A stretch of 40,631 nucleotides of DNA from Coriobacteriales bacterium (GTDB taxonomy: Bacteria > Actinomycetota > Coriobacteriia > Coriobacteriales > UBA8131): positions 1 to 40,631 of the forward strand of contig JAISGJ010000142.1 in the NCBI GenBank assembly GCA_031263105.1, in the 5' to 3' direction. A program made the translations under genes and the position numbers. Positions 17,739-24,223 of this stretch are shown here, piece after piece. A model generated the notes under the pieces. The model searched no databases. It saw only the letters and a program-made list of their open reading frames with translations, and was not told the DNA's origin. Numbering within the stretch: position 1 is the stretch's first letter; each line of letters opens with the position of its first letter.

Positions 17739-17929
17739 GGCACCCGCCCCCCGTCCCTCCCGGCCCGCCAGGCCTCGTACTCGGCCCGGCCCTCCTCGGT
17801 GCGCAGCGCGTCCGCGATCTGGCGCGCCATCCTGTCCGTCCACCACGCGGGCGGGCGCCATGTCCCCGGGCCCGCCGTGACCCCGGGCAGCGCCAGAGCG
17901 CCCTCCGTCGCCTCGCGTGTCGCCCTCAT
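17735..17929 (-). CDS. Small hypothetical phage protein
   Basis: MRATRE...MARQIADALRTEEGRAEYEAWR; starts within the junction repeat. Confidence 0.6.
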   Translation of the reverse strand: MRATREATEGALALPGVTAGPGTWRPPAWWTDRMARQIADALRTEEGRAEYEAWRAGRDGGRVP

Positions 17930-18168
17930 GCGGCACCGCCTTCCTCGGACGGTCCCGCCAGCGCGGCGGCGGCCAGCGCCGCCCCCGGTGTCCTGCGAAG
18001 TCTCATGGCACCACCTGCTTTCTGGTATGCTCTTCCGCAACAGGAAGGCCGCGCCGCCCATATGAGCAGCTGCACGAGCAGCGCGGCGAGGAACCCGGCG
18101 GCACCGCCCCACACGGTCGCATGGACCACGGTCCTCACGTCGATGTCCCTGCGCGGCCCCGCTGACAT
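17926..18168 (-). CDS. Small membrane protein
   Basis: VVHATVWGGAAGFLAALLVQLLIW helix; ends GGAA* in the junction repeat. Confidence 0.55.
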   Translation of the reverse strand: MSAGPRRDIDVRTVVHATVWGGAAGFLAALLVQLLIWAARPSCCGRAYQKAGGAMRLRRTPGAALAAAALAGPSEEGGAA

Positions 18169-18270
18169 CTATCCCGCCGCCCTTGCTATCAGCTGCGCGA
18201 CCAGGTAGCCTGCGGTCGCGGCCAGGACGCCCATGGCGAAGTACCTGATGCGAATCCGGTCGTCCCTCAT
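18169..18270 (-). CDS. 33-aa single-TM peptide
   Basis: MRDDRIRIRYFAMGVLAATAGYLVAQLIARAAG*; starts in the junction repeat, next ATG follows immediately. Confidence 0.55.
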   Translation of the reverse strand: MRDDRIRIRYFAMGVLAATAGYLVAQLIARAAG

Positions 18271-18926
18271 GCGGCACCGCCCGTCCCCTCGCGCCGTATA
18301 ATGGGCCGTGAGGCATATCTGGCTCCGGACGAAAGGAGACGGGCGGCATGGAGAAGCTGACGCGTGAGCTCAGGGACTTCCTGTATGAAATATCGCCCCA
18401 CAGCGGCGAGCGCCACTATCTCAGGATCAGGTTCGGCGGGCTTCCCTGCGAGGACGTCTTCCAGCAGACGCAGATGGTCGTCGAGCTGAGGAGGAAGGGG
18501 ATGCTCCACATCTCCGAGCCCCTCGACTCCGTCGAGTTCGTCGCCGTCCCCCCTGAGCAGCCGCCAGCAGGCGGCATCGTGGTGGGTTACGCCGACGGCG
18601 GGACCCGGACCGTGAGCTTCCCCCCTGGGTTCACGCTCACCTCCGACGGGAGGAGCTACCGGAAGGAGGCTCGAAAGCAGGCCGCGCTCTGGGTCCTCGG
18701 CATCGTGCTCACGGCCGTCCTCAGCGGGTTCTTCGCGTGGGTGTTTGTGGCCGTAGTCCCGTGGTAGGTCCCTCACCAGTATGGGGCCGTCCCACCCATG
18801 GTTCTTGCCGACGAACGCCGCCGTCTCCCTTGCGCGCCCATGGCCGGAGTCCCGGAAGTCGTACCAGACGATGCTGCAGAGGGGTCCGTCGGCAAAATAC
18901 TGGGCGCGGTACCATCTGTCCCTCAT
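18267..18926 (-). CDS. Lytic-strand ORF (219 aa) fully overlapping the antisense gene 18348-18767
   Basis: Starts and stops in consecutive junction repeats; N-terminus MRDRWYRAQYF...WYDFR is paralogous to 19503-20156. Confidence 0.55.
   Translation of the reverse strand: MRDRWYRAQYFADGPLCSIVWYDFRDSGHGRARETAAFVGKNHGWDGPILVRDLPRDYGHKHPREEPAEDGREHDAEDPERGLLSSLLPVAPPVGGEREPRGEAHGPGPAVGVTHHDAACWRLLRGDGDELDGVEGLGDVEHPLPPQLDDHLRLLEDVLAGKPAEPDPEIVALAAVGRYFIQEVPELTRQLLHAARLLSSGARYASRPIIRREGTGGAA
18297..18347 (+). promoter_or_regulatory. -10 box (TATAAT) and RBS (GAAAGGAG) for the antisense gene
   Basis: TATAAT at 18297-18302; the paralogous CATAAT is at 19533-19538 with an identical RBS. Confidence 0.6.
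18348..18767 (+). CDS. Antisense accessory gene: soluble (possibly wHTH-like) domain plus C-terminal TM anchor, paralog 1
   Basis: Strong RBS and own -10; FTLTSDGRSYRKEARKQ followed by WVLGIVLTAVLSGFFAWVFVAVV. Confidence 0.8.
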   Translation: MEKLTRELRDFLYEISPHSGERHYLRIRFGGLPCEDVFQQTQMVVELRRKGMLHISEPLDSVEFVAVPPEQPPAGGIVVGYADGGTRTVSFPPGFTLTSDGRSYRKEARKQAALWVLGIVLTAVLSGFFAWVFVAVVPW

Positions 18927-19261
18927 GCGGCACCGCCTTTCTCGGAAGAGTCCCGGTCGGGCTCGTACTGGGCGCTCAGGGACCCGCCGACGCGCCATCC
19001 CAGGAGAAGGCCGCCACCTGCGGCGAGGACGTACAGGAGAGCCTCGCGCGCATAGTCTTCGAGCGGGGACAAGAAGCTCACGACGATAAAGCCGAGCCAT
19101 AAGCAGAAGGCCTGGGACCTCGCGTCCTTTGCGGAGAACTTCCCGGTAAGCTTAATCGCGAGCTTTTTCCGGAGAGACATGGCGGTCAAGGTGATCACCG
19201 TGAGGGCGGCCGCAAAGTAGGCCACCGAAAAGACTGCCTCGAACATGGTTGCCTCGCTCAT
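18923..19261 (-). CDS. Membrane protein (about 3 TM)
   Basis: MSEATMFEAVFSVAYFAAALTVI...AFCLWLGFIVVSFL...ALLYVLAAGGGLLLGW; lower GC; coupled at both ends. Confidence 0.6.
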   Translation of the reverse strand: MSEATMFEAVFSVAYFAAALTVITLTAMSLRKKLAIKLTGKFSAKDARSQAFCLWLGFIVVSFLSPLEDYAREALLYVLAAGGGLLLGWRVGGSLSAQYEPDRDSSEKGGAA

Positions 19262-19506
19262 GACGCGCCCCCGTACAGGATGTCCAAACGCTCGACATGA
19301 ATCCCGAGACAGAAGCCTGCGAAAAAGGCATAGAAGACCGCAACGGCAACATGGAACACGGCGAACCCAATCACCCCTGAACACATAAGGGCAACAGCAA
19401 GGAACGCAGAGGAGGCACATGCCAGCAAGCAGAGAACGACGGGGATGATGTCTGACCCACGGGACTCCCCGTACTTCCTGTAATACCTGTAGTCGAAGGC
19501 CCTCAT
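19258..19506 (-). CDS. Membrane protein (2 TM)
   Basis: MRAFDYRYYRKYG...IIPVVLCLLAC...VIGFAVFHVAVAVFYAFFAGFCLG. Confidence 0.6.
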   Translation of the reverse strand: MRAFDYRYYRKYGESRGSDIIPVVLCLLACASSAFLAVALMCSGVIGFAVFHVAVAVFYAFFAGFCLGIHVERLDILYGGAS

Positions 19507-20156
19507 GCGGTGCCGCCCGTCCCCTCGCGCCGCATAATGGGCTGTGGGGCATATCTGGCTCCGGACGAAAGGAGACGGGCGGCATGGAGAGGCTGAACGG
19601 GGAGCTCAGGAGGTTCCTGTACGGGATCGCGCCACACGCCGAGGAGGCCGGCTACCTTCCCGAGCGGTACAAGGGCCTGCCTTACGAGGACGCAAGCAAG
19701 GGACTCCAGATGTTCGATGCCCTTGAGAGGAAGGGCATGGTCCACGGCTCCGAGCAGACCAGGGCGACCAGATACGGGGCAGGCCCCTCTGCAGTCCGCA
19801 CCCGGTCCGGGCTCCTCGTCAGCTACGGCGGCGACACGACGCCCGAGCTCAGGTTCCCGGAGGTGTTCTGGGTCACCTACGACGGGGAGAACCATCGGAA
19901 AGAGTCTCGAAAGCAGGCCGCGTCTTGGCTTTTCGGCATCCTGCTCACAGCCGTGCTCGCAGGGCTCTTCGCGGCGGTATTCGCCGTAGTCATCCGGTAG
20001 CCTCCTCAGAGAGAACAGCCTCCCGTACCCGCCCCACTTCCCACAGTTCTCGGCGTACCGCCGCGCCTGCTCCATGTCGCCCCCACGGAAGTCGTACCAG
20101 AGCGTCTCACCGAAGTTGGGCGGGAAGTAGCCCGCCCTGTAGTAGCGCGGCCTCAT
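19503..20156 (-). CDS. Lytic-strand ORF (217 aa) fully overlapping the antisense gene 19584-20000
   Basis: ATGA-coupled to cro; MRPRYYRAGYF...LWYDFR; ends REGTGGTA* in the next repeat. Confidence 0.55.
   Translation of the reverse strand: MRPRYYRAGYFPPNFGETLWYDFRGGDMEQARRYAENCGKWGGYGRLFSLRRLPDDYGEYRREEPCEHGCEQDAEKPRRGLLSRLFPMVLPVVGDPEHLREPELGRRVAAVADEEPGPGADCRGACPVSGRPGLLGAVDHALPLKGIEHLESLACVLVRQALVPLGKVAGLLGVWRDPVQEPPELPVQPLHAARLLSSGARYAPQPIMRREGTGGTA
19584..20000 (+). CDS. Antisense accessory gene with C-terminal TM anchor, paralog 2
   Basis: Aligns without gaps to 18348-18767 (MExLxxELRxFLY, GLPxED, LxRKGM, RKExRKQAAxW, GIxLTAVL). Confidence 0.8.
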   Translation: MERLNGELRRFLYGIAPHAEEAGYLPERYKGLPYEDASKGLQMFDALERKGMVHGSEQTRATRYGAGPSAVRTRSGLLVSYGGDTTPELRFPEVFWVTYDGENHRKESRKQAASWLFGILLTAVLAGLFAAVFAVVIR

Positions 20157-20413
20157 GCGGCACCGCCTCCCGCGTGGCCGTTGCGGTCGTCGGCAAGGCA
20201 AGACTTGATGTTAATTAAACCAACATTCAAGCTCAAAAAAATATCATTAATCGAACAGCCGATAAAATTGCAGACTGCTTGAGCTTGGGACACGCTCATT
20301 GCTTCCGGAAACTTTTCGTACTGCGAGTAAGTCTGACGCGAAACGCCAAGGTGGTCAGCAACTGCGAGCATCTTAATGCCCCTGCTTTCTCGCATTTCTT
20401 TTAGTTTGCTCAT
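20153..20413 (-). CDS. cro: Cro-like XRE HTH regulator
   Basis: LKEMRESRGIKMLAVADHLGVSRQTYSQYE...IGCSINDIF; divergent from cI. Confidence 0.88.
   Translation of the reverse strand: MSKLKEMRESRGIKMLAVADHLGVSRQTYSQYEKFPEAMSVSQAQAVCNFIGCSINDIFLSLNVGLINIKSCLADDRNGHAGGGAA
20208..20226. promoter_or_regulatory. Distal operator-like site inside cro
   Basis: ATGTTAATTAAACCAACAT matches the intergenic 19-bp palindrome. Confidence 0.6.
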
Positions 20414-20435
20414 ACCACTCTCCCTTCTCCTTGTT

Positions 20436-20499
20436 ATGTTAATCAAATTAACATTGCTATGTCAAGCAAATTATCCTAAAATGTCAAAATATTTTACAG
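20436..20499. promoter_or_regulatory. Lysis-lysogeny switch: three 19-bp operators over divergent promoters
   Basis: ATGTTAATCAAATTAACAT (20436), ATGTCAAGCAAATTATCCT (20459), ATGTCAAAATATTTTACAG (20481). P-cI TTGCTA-17-TAAAAT; P-cro TTGACA-18-TAACAT on the minus strand. Confidence 0.75.
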
Positions 20500-20512
20500 G
20501 GCAGGAGTTCAT

Positions 20513-21142
20513 GTGTCTGTTTCGTCAAACATAAAGCGTTTACGACTTGCTGCCGACATGACGCAAGAGCAGTTGGCCGAAAGGCTCGGCGTCACACGCC
20601 CCACGGTCACCCAGTGGGAAACCGGATGGTCTCAACCTCGGATGGGGATGATTGAGCGGCTGTCCGAAGAATTTAGGGTGAAAGCATCGGAGCTTGTGGA
20701 TGCCCCTCTTCCACCCGGCGCCATCGTCCCCACGCCCGTCGAGACGGTGCCCGTCCCCGTCTACGGGCGCATAGCGGCCGGGGAGCCCTTGGAGATGTGC
20801 GAACTCGTCGAGGAGGTGGAGGCGCCCGCCACGAAGCGCGAGAGACACCCCTACGCGTACTTCCTCATCGTCTCGGGCGACAGCATGAACAACGAGATAC
20901 TGGACGGGCACCTCGCCCTCATAGACCCGAAGGCGGAGGTCAGGAACGGCGACACCGTGGCGGTCAACGTCAACGGCTACGACGCGACGCTGAAGGTCTG
21001 GCACAGGACGTCCAACAGCGTCATCCTGTCCCCCAACTCGACCAACCCGGAGCACAGGGACATCGTGATAGACGAGACGAGCCCCGACGCGCCCAACCTG
21101 CGCGTCCTCGGCAAGAAGGTGTGGGCGATGTACCCGGAGTGA
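20513..21142 (+). CDS. cI: CI-like repressor (XRE HTH plus S24 autopeptidase)
   Basis: MTQEQLAERLGVTRPTVTQWETG; cleavage site IAAG; GDSM serine; TLK lysine. Confidence 0.94.
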   Translation: MSVSSNIKRLRLAADMTQEQLAERLGVTRPTVTQWETGWSQPRMGMIERLSEEFRVKASELVDAPLPPGAIVPTPVETVPVPVYGRIAAGEPLEMCELVEEVEAPATKRERHPYAYFLIVSGDSMNNEILDGHLALIDPKAEVRNGDTVAVNVNGYDATLKVWHRTSNSVILSPNSTNPEHRDIVIDETSPDAPNLRVLGKKVWAMYPE

Positions 21143-21174
21143 GGGACAGACAAGGTAGAAGGGAGCGCCATAAC

Positions 21175-21936
21175 ATGAACGAGGGTACCGTGGGTGTCGA
21201 AACGGCCGAAGGTGACGCTGGACCGGAGCCGCCCCAAGATCCGGAGCAGAAAATCGTCGTCATAGACACTGAGACCACGGGGCTCTCAAAGGGCAAAGAC
21301 GAGGTGCTCCAAGTCGCCATCATCGATTCCGAAGGAGGCGTGCTGCTCCATGAGCTGATAAAGCCAGAAAAACGGAAGAGCTGGCCTAAAGCCGAAGAGA
21401 TACACGGAGTCTCACCGGCAATGGTGAAGGATGCGAAGCCGCTTGTCGACTACGCCGACAGGATTGTGGAGATAGTCAACGAAGCCGACATCGTGATCGG
21501 CTACAACGTGGAGTTCGACCTCGAAATGCTCTTTTCTGGCGGTGTTCCACTAGACCTGCCCAACATCAAAGCCTTCGACGTAATGAAGGAGTTCGCGGAG
21601 GTCTACGGTGACTTTGACGAGAGGCGATGCGACTACCGATACAAAACCCTGAAAGTCTGCGCAAACTACTACAAGTACAAGTTCGACGCACATGACGCCC
21701 TCGCAGACGCGAGGGCCACTCTTTATTGCTATGGGCAGATGGAGGACCGTCTGCGCAAAAAGAGAGAGCAAAGGGAACAGCAACAAATACGGGAGCGAGC
21801 AGATGCAGACGCGCTAATCGCAAAAACGAACGCGGAAAACCGAAGCAGTGGCATCGTTGCCATCATGGTCGCCGTCCTCGTACTCGCGTGTGCCATTTGG
21901 TCATGCGTGTCATGCAGCGCCGTGCTCGGCGGATAG
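21175..21936 (+). CDS. DEDDh 3'-5' exonuclease with coiled coil and C-terminal TM helix
   Basis: VIDTETTG, IGYNVEFD, AHDALADA motifs; then RKKREQREQQQIRE and GIVAIMVAVLVLACAIWSCV. Confidence 0.88.
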   Translation: MNEGTVGVETAEGDAGPEPPQDPEQKIVVIDTETTGLSKGKDEVLQVAIIDSEGGVLLHELIKPEKRKSWPKAEEIHGVSPAMVKDAKPLVDYADRIVEIVNEADIVIGYNVEFDLEMLFSGGVPLDLPNIKAFDVMKEFAEVYGDFDERRCDYRYKTLKVCANYYKYKFDAHDALADARATLYCYGQMEDRLRKKREQREQQQIRERADADALIAKTNAENRSSGIVAIMVAVLVLACAIWSCVSCSAVLGG

Positions 21937-22046
21937 ACGACAGTGGAGAAGGGGAAATCGGTGAAACGCTTGCCAATGCGCATGGCCGTGTACTATAGTG
22001 GGACACGTGATGAGGCTGCAGGGACATGTCGCTGCAATCCGCAAAG

Positions 22047-22077
22047 AGCCGCAGTCAGCACGCTGACGCGGCTTTTT
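22047..22077 (+). terminator. Intrinsic terminator-like hairpin upstream of the integrase
   Basis: AGCCGCAGTCAGC-AC-GCTGACGCGGCT followed by TTTT. Confidence 0.6.
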
Positions 22078-22094
22078 ACGTTCTGGAGGGGTTG

Positions 22095-23597
22095 ATGAAA
22101 AAGCCGTTCAAGGCCGTGATATACGCACGCTACTCCTCGCACGCCCAGCGCGAGGAGTCCATCGAGGACCAGCTGAGGGTCTGCCGCGCGTATGCGGAGC
22201 GCGAGGGCTACGCGGTCGTGCGCGAGTACTGCGACGCGGCCCTCACGGGGCGCAGGGACGACCGCCCCGCCTACCGGCGCATGCTGGCCGACAGCGCCGA
22301 GGGGCTGTGCGGGCAGGCGGCCATCGTCTACAGGACCGACCGCATCGCCCGCAACCGCATGGACGCGCTCGTGTGCCGCGCCACGCTCAGGAAGGGCGGC
22401 GTCAGGCTCCTGAGCGCCACCGAGGCCATACCAGACACCCCCGAGGGCATCCTCATGGAGAGCTTCCTGGACGGCTACGCGGAGTACTACTCGGCGGTGC
22501 TGGCGCAGAGCGTAAGGCGCGGCATGGAGGGCAACGCGCTCAAGTGCATGGCAAACGGGGTCACGCTCTTCGGCTACGACATATCGTCCGGCCGCTACGT
22601 GCCCGACCCCGTGACGGCCCCCCACGCGCGGATGGTGTTCGCCGAGGCTGCGGCGGGCGCGCGCCTTGTGGACATATGCGCGCGCCTCAACGCGCAGGGG
22701 GTCACGACCATGCGCGGCAGGCCGTGGGCGCGCTCGTCGCTGCACCGGATGCTGGACAACGAGAAGTACGCCGGCGTGTACAGGTTCGACGGCGTGCGCA
22801 TAGAGGGCGGGATGCCCGCACTCGTGGACAGAAGGACGTTCGAGGAGGCGAGAAGGATGGCAGGGACGAGGAAGCGGGCCGTGCGCAGCGGGGCCCCGGC
22901 GTACATCCTGACCGGCAGGGCGTACTGCGGCCACTGCGGGGCGACCATGGGCGGCAAGGGCGCCAACGCCAAGGGCAGGCACTACGGCTACTACGCCTGC
23001 AGCTGCGGCAGGGGCTGCGAGAAGCGCCTGGTGCCGCAAGAGGAGGCCGAGGGCGTCGTGGCGGCCCTCACGCGGGCGCTCGTCTGCGACCCGCAGGCCG
23101 TGGACGCGATAGCGGAGGCCGTCGTCTCGTACCGCGACGCGCACCGGGGCGAGGGCGTCGCCGAGGAGCTCAGGGGCAGGCTCGCCGACGCGGGGCGCAG
23201 AGCGGCGAACCTCCTGAAGGCGCTGGAGTCCAACTACTCGGACGCCGTCGCGGAGCGCGTCGCGGCCCTGGGGGAGGAGCAGGACGCGCTCAGGCTCAGG
23301 CTGGCCGAGGAGGAGTCCGTGCTGCCGTCCGTGACGCGCGAGCACGTGGTGTGGTGGCTCTCGCGGATGGAGGGCAAAGACGACGGCGAGCTCGTCGATG
23401 CCCTGGTTTCCAAGGTCACCATGACGAACCATGACAAGCACAGCAATATGCTTGAGATTGCATATAACTTCAAGGAAGACGGGGAATACTACATAATAAG
23501 GGTGGAAGATACGGTTTCGACTTTGGAACGCTTGGTGGGCCGTCGGGGACTCGAACCCCGGACCTTGGGATTAAGAGTCCCCTGCTCTACCAACTAA
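22095..23597 (+). CDS. Large serine integrase
   Basis: IYARYSS catalytic Ser, DRIARN, recombinase domain (NEKYAG), Zn ribbon CGHCG...YYACSC..C, coiled coil; GGAGG RBS before ATG 22095. Confidence 0.95.
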   Translation: MKKPFKAVIYARYSSHAQREESIEDQLRVCRAYAEREGYAVVREYCDAALTGRRDDRPAYRRMLADSAEGLCGQAAIVYRTDRIARNRMDALVCRATLRKGGVRLLSATEAIPDTPEGILMESFLDGYAEYYSAVLAQSVRRGMEGNALKCMANGVTLFGYDISSGRYVPDPVTAPHARMVFAEAAAGARLVDICARLNAQGVTTMRGRPWARSSLHRMLDNEKYAGVYRFDGVRIEGGMPALVDRRTFEEARRMAGTRKRAVRSGAPAYILTGRAYCGHCGATMGGKGANAKGRHYGYYACSCGRGCEKRLVPQEEAEGVVAALTRALVCDPQAVDAIAEAVVSYRDAHRGEGVAEELRGRLADAGRRAANLLKALESNYSDAVAERVAALGEEQDALRLRLAEEESVLPSVTREHVVWWLSRMEGKDDGELVDALVSKVTMTNHDKHSNMLEIAYNFKEDGEYYIIRVEDTVSTLERLVGRRGLEPRTLGLRVPCSTN

Positions 23598-23608
23598 GCT
23601 AACGGCCC
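23533..23608 (-). tRNA. tRNA-Lys (anticodon CTT)
   Basis: GGGCCGTTAGCTTAGTTGGTAGAGCAGGGGACTCTTAATCCCAAGGTCCGGGGTTCGAGTCCCCGACGGCCCACCA; 76 nt with encoded CCA. Confidence 0.97.
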
Positions 23609-23784
23609 AAGAACACACAATTGTCAATCCTGCACGCAGTGGCGCAGGTCCCCTGCTCTTCCAGGGGGCGGCCGCAGGCGCCCGCCCGACCTCGGTACAA
23701 ACGCCACAACGTGGCGTTTGCCTGACCCTCGGTCCCAACTAAGCTAACGGCCCAAGAACACATAATTGTCAATCCTGCACGCAG
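23590..23784. repeat. 50-bp direct repeat of the tRNA 5' end plus leader, with an interrupted tRNA fragment
   Basis: 23590-23639 vs 23735-23784, one mismatch. Confidence 0.9.
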
Positions 23785-23818
23785 GGGACGCACCTTGTGC
23801 GTCGATGCGCGAATTGGA

Positions 23819-23847
23819 AGTATAGCGGTTTAGCGTCGCGGCGGCAA
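23819..23847 (-). promoter_or_regulatory. Sigma70-type promoter for the tRNA
   Basis: TTGCCG-17 bp-TATACT on the minus strand. Confidence 0.65.
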
Positions 23848-23896
23848 GGTTTGTTACAATGCTCAAGGCAATACTCAAGGGAATCTCACGGGAGCG

Positions 23897-24163
23897 GTTA
23901 CTGCTCACGCCCCGCTGTCATCCCGAGCCTGCCGAGGGATCTTCAGCCGCGCAAGCGGTCGACTGCGGGCGGATGCGCTTCGACCTGCTGGCGGCTGCTT
24001 CGCGTTCCGTGGGCCTGTCGGCCCGTCCTCGCTGAGAACAGTCCGCCGGACTGTTCTCCGGGCGCTCGAACCCAAGGATTCCTCGGCTGCGGGGCTTCGC
24101 CCCGGAGTTTACCCTGAGCGCAGCCGAAGGGCTCGGAATAACAGTGAGGGTACGGACAGCAAC
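23897..24163. repeat. MITE/REP-like palindromic element, copy 1 (with nested hairpins)
   Basis: TGTCATCCCGAG...GAGGGATC...GGATTCCTCGG...CTCGGAATAACAG; homologous to the elements at 26816 and 33863. Confidence 0.75.
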
Positions 24164-24223
24164 GGAGCGCACCCAAGGAAGCGCTTTCAACACGCGCGAG
24201 GACGTTACAGAGAAGGAGTGTTC

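Larger units (their letters stand above)
17924..20167. repeat. Five dispersed direct repeats CCTCATGCGGCACCGCC at gene junctions
   Basis: Copies at 17924, 18265, 18921, 19501 (2 mismatches) and 20151. Copies 2 and 4 extend to ~120 bp of similarity, copies 1 and 3 to ~35 bp. Confidence 0.93.
1..23533. mobile_element. Siphovirus-type (HK97-like head) prophage, right portion; integrated at the 3' end of tRNA-Lys(CTT)
   Basis: Canonical gene order TMP-TAC-MTP-head/tail connectors-MCP-protease-portal-TerL-TerS-HNH, then early operon, cro/cI and serine integrase abutting a tRNA 3' end. Left end lies outside the window. Confidence 0.95.

Noticed and set aside
17924..20167. 17-bp repeats as a CRISPR array or shufflon
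   Set aside because: Intervals are 340-660 bp of coding DNA, and all copies are direct, so inversion is not expected.
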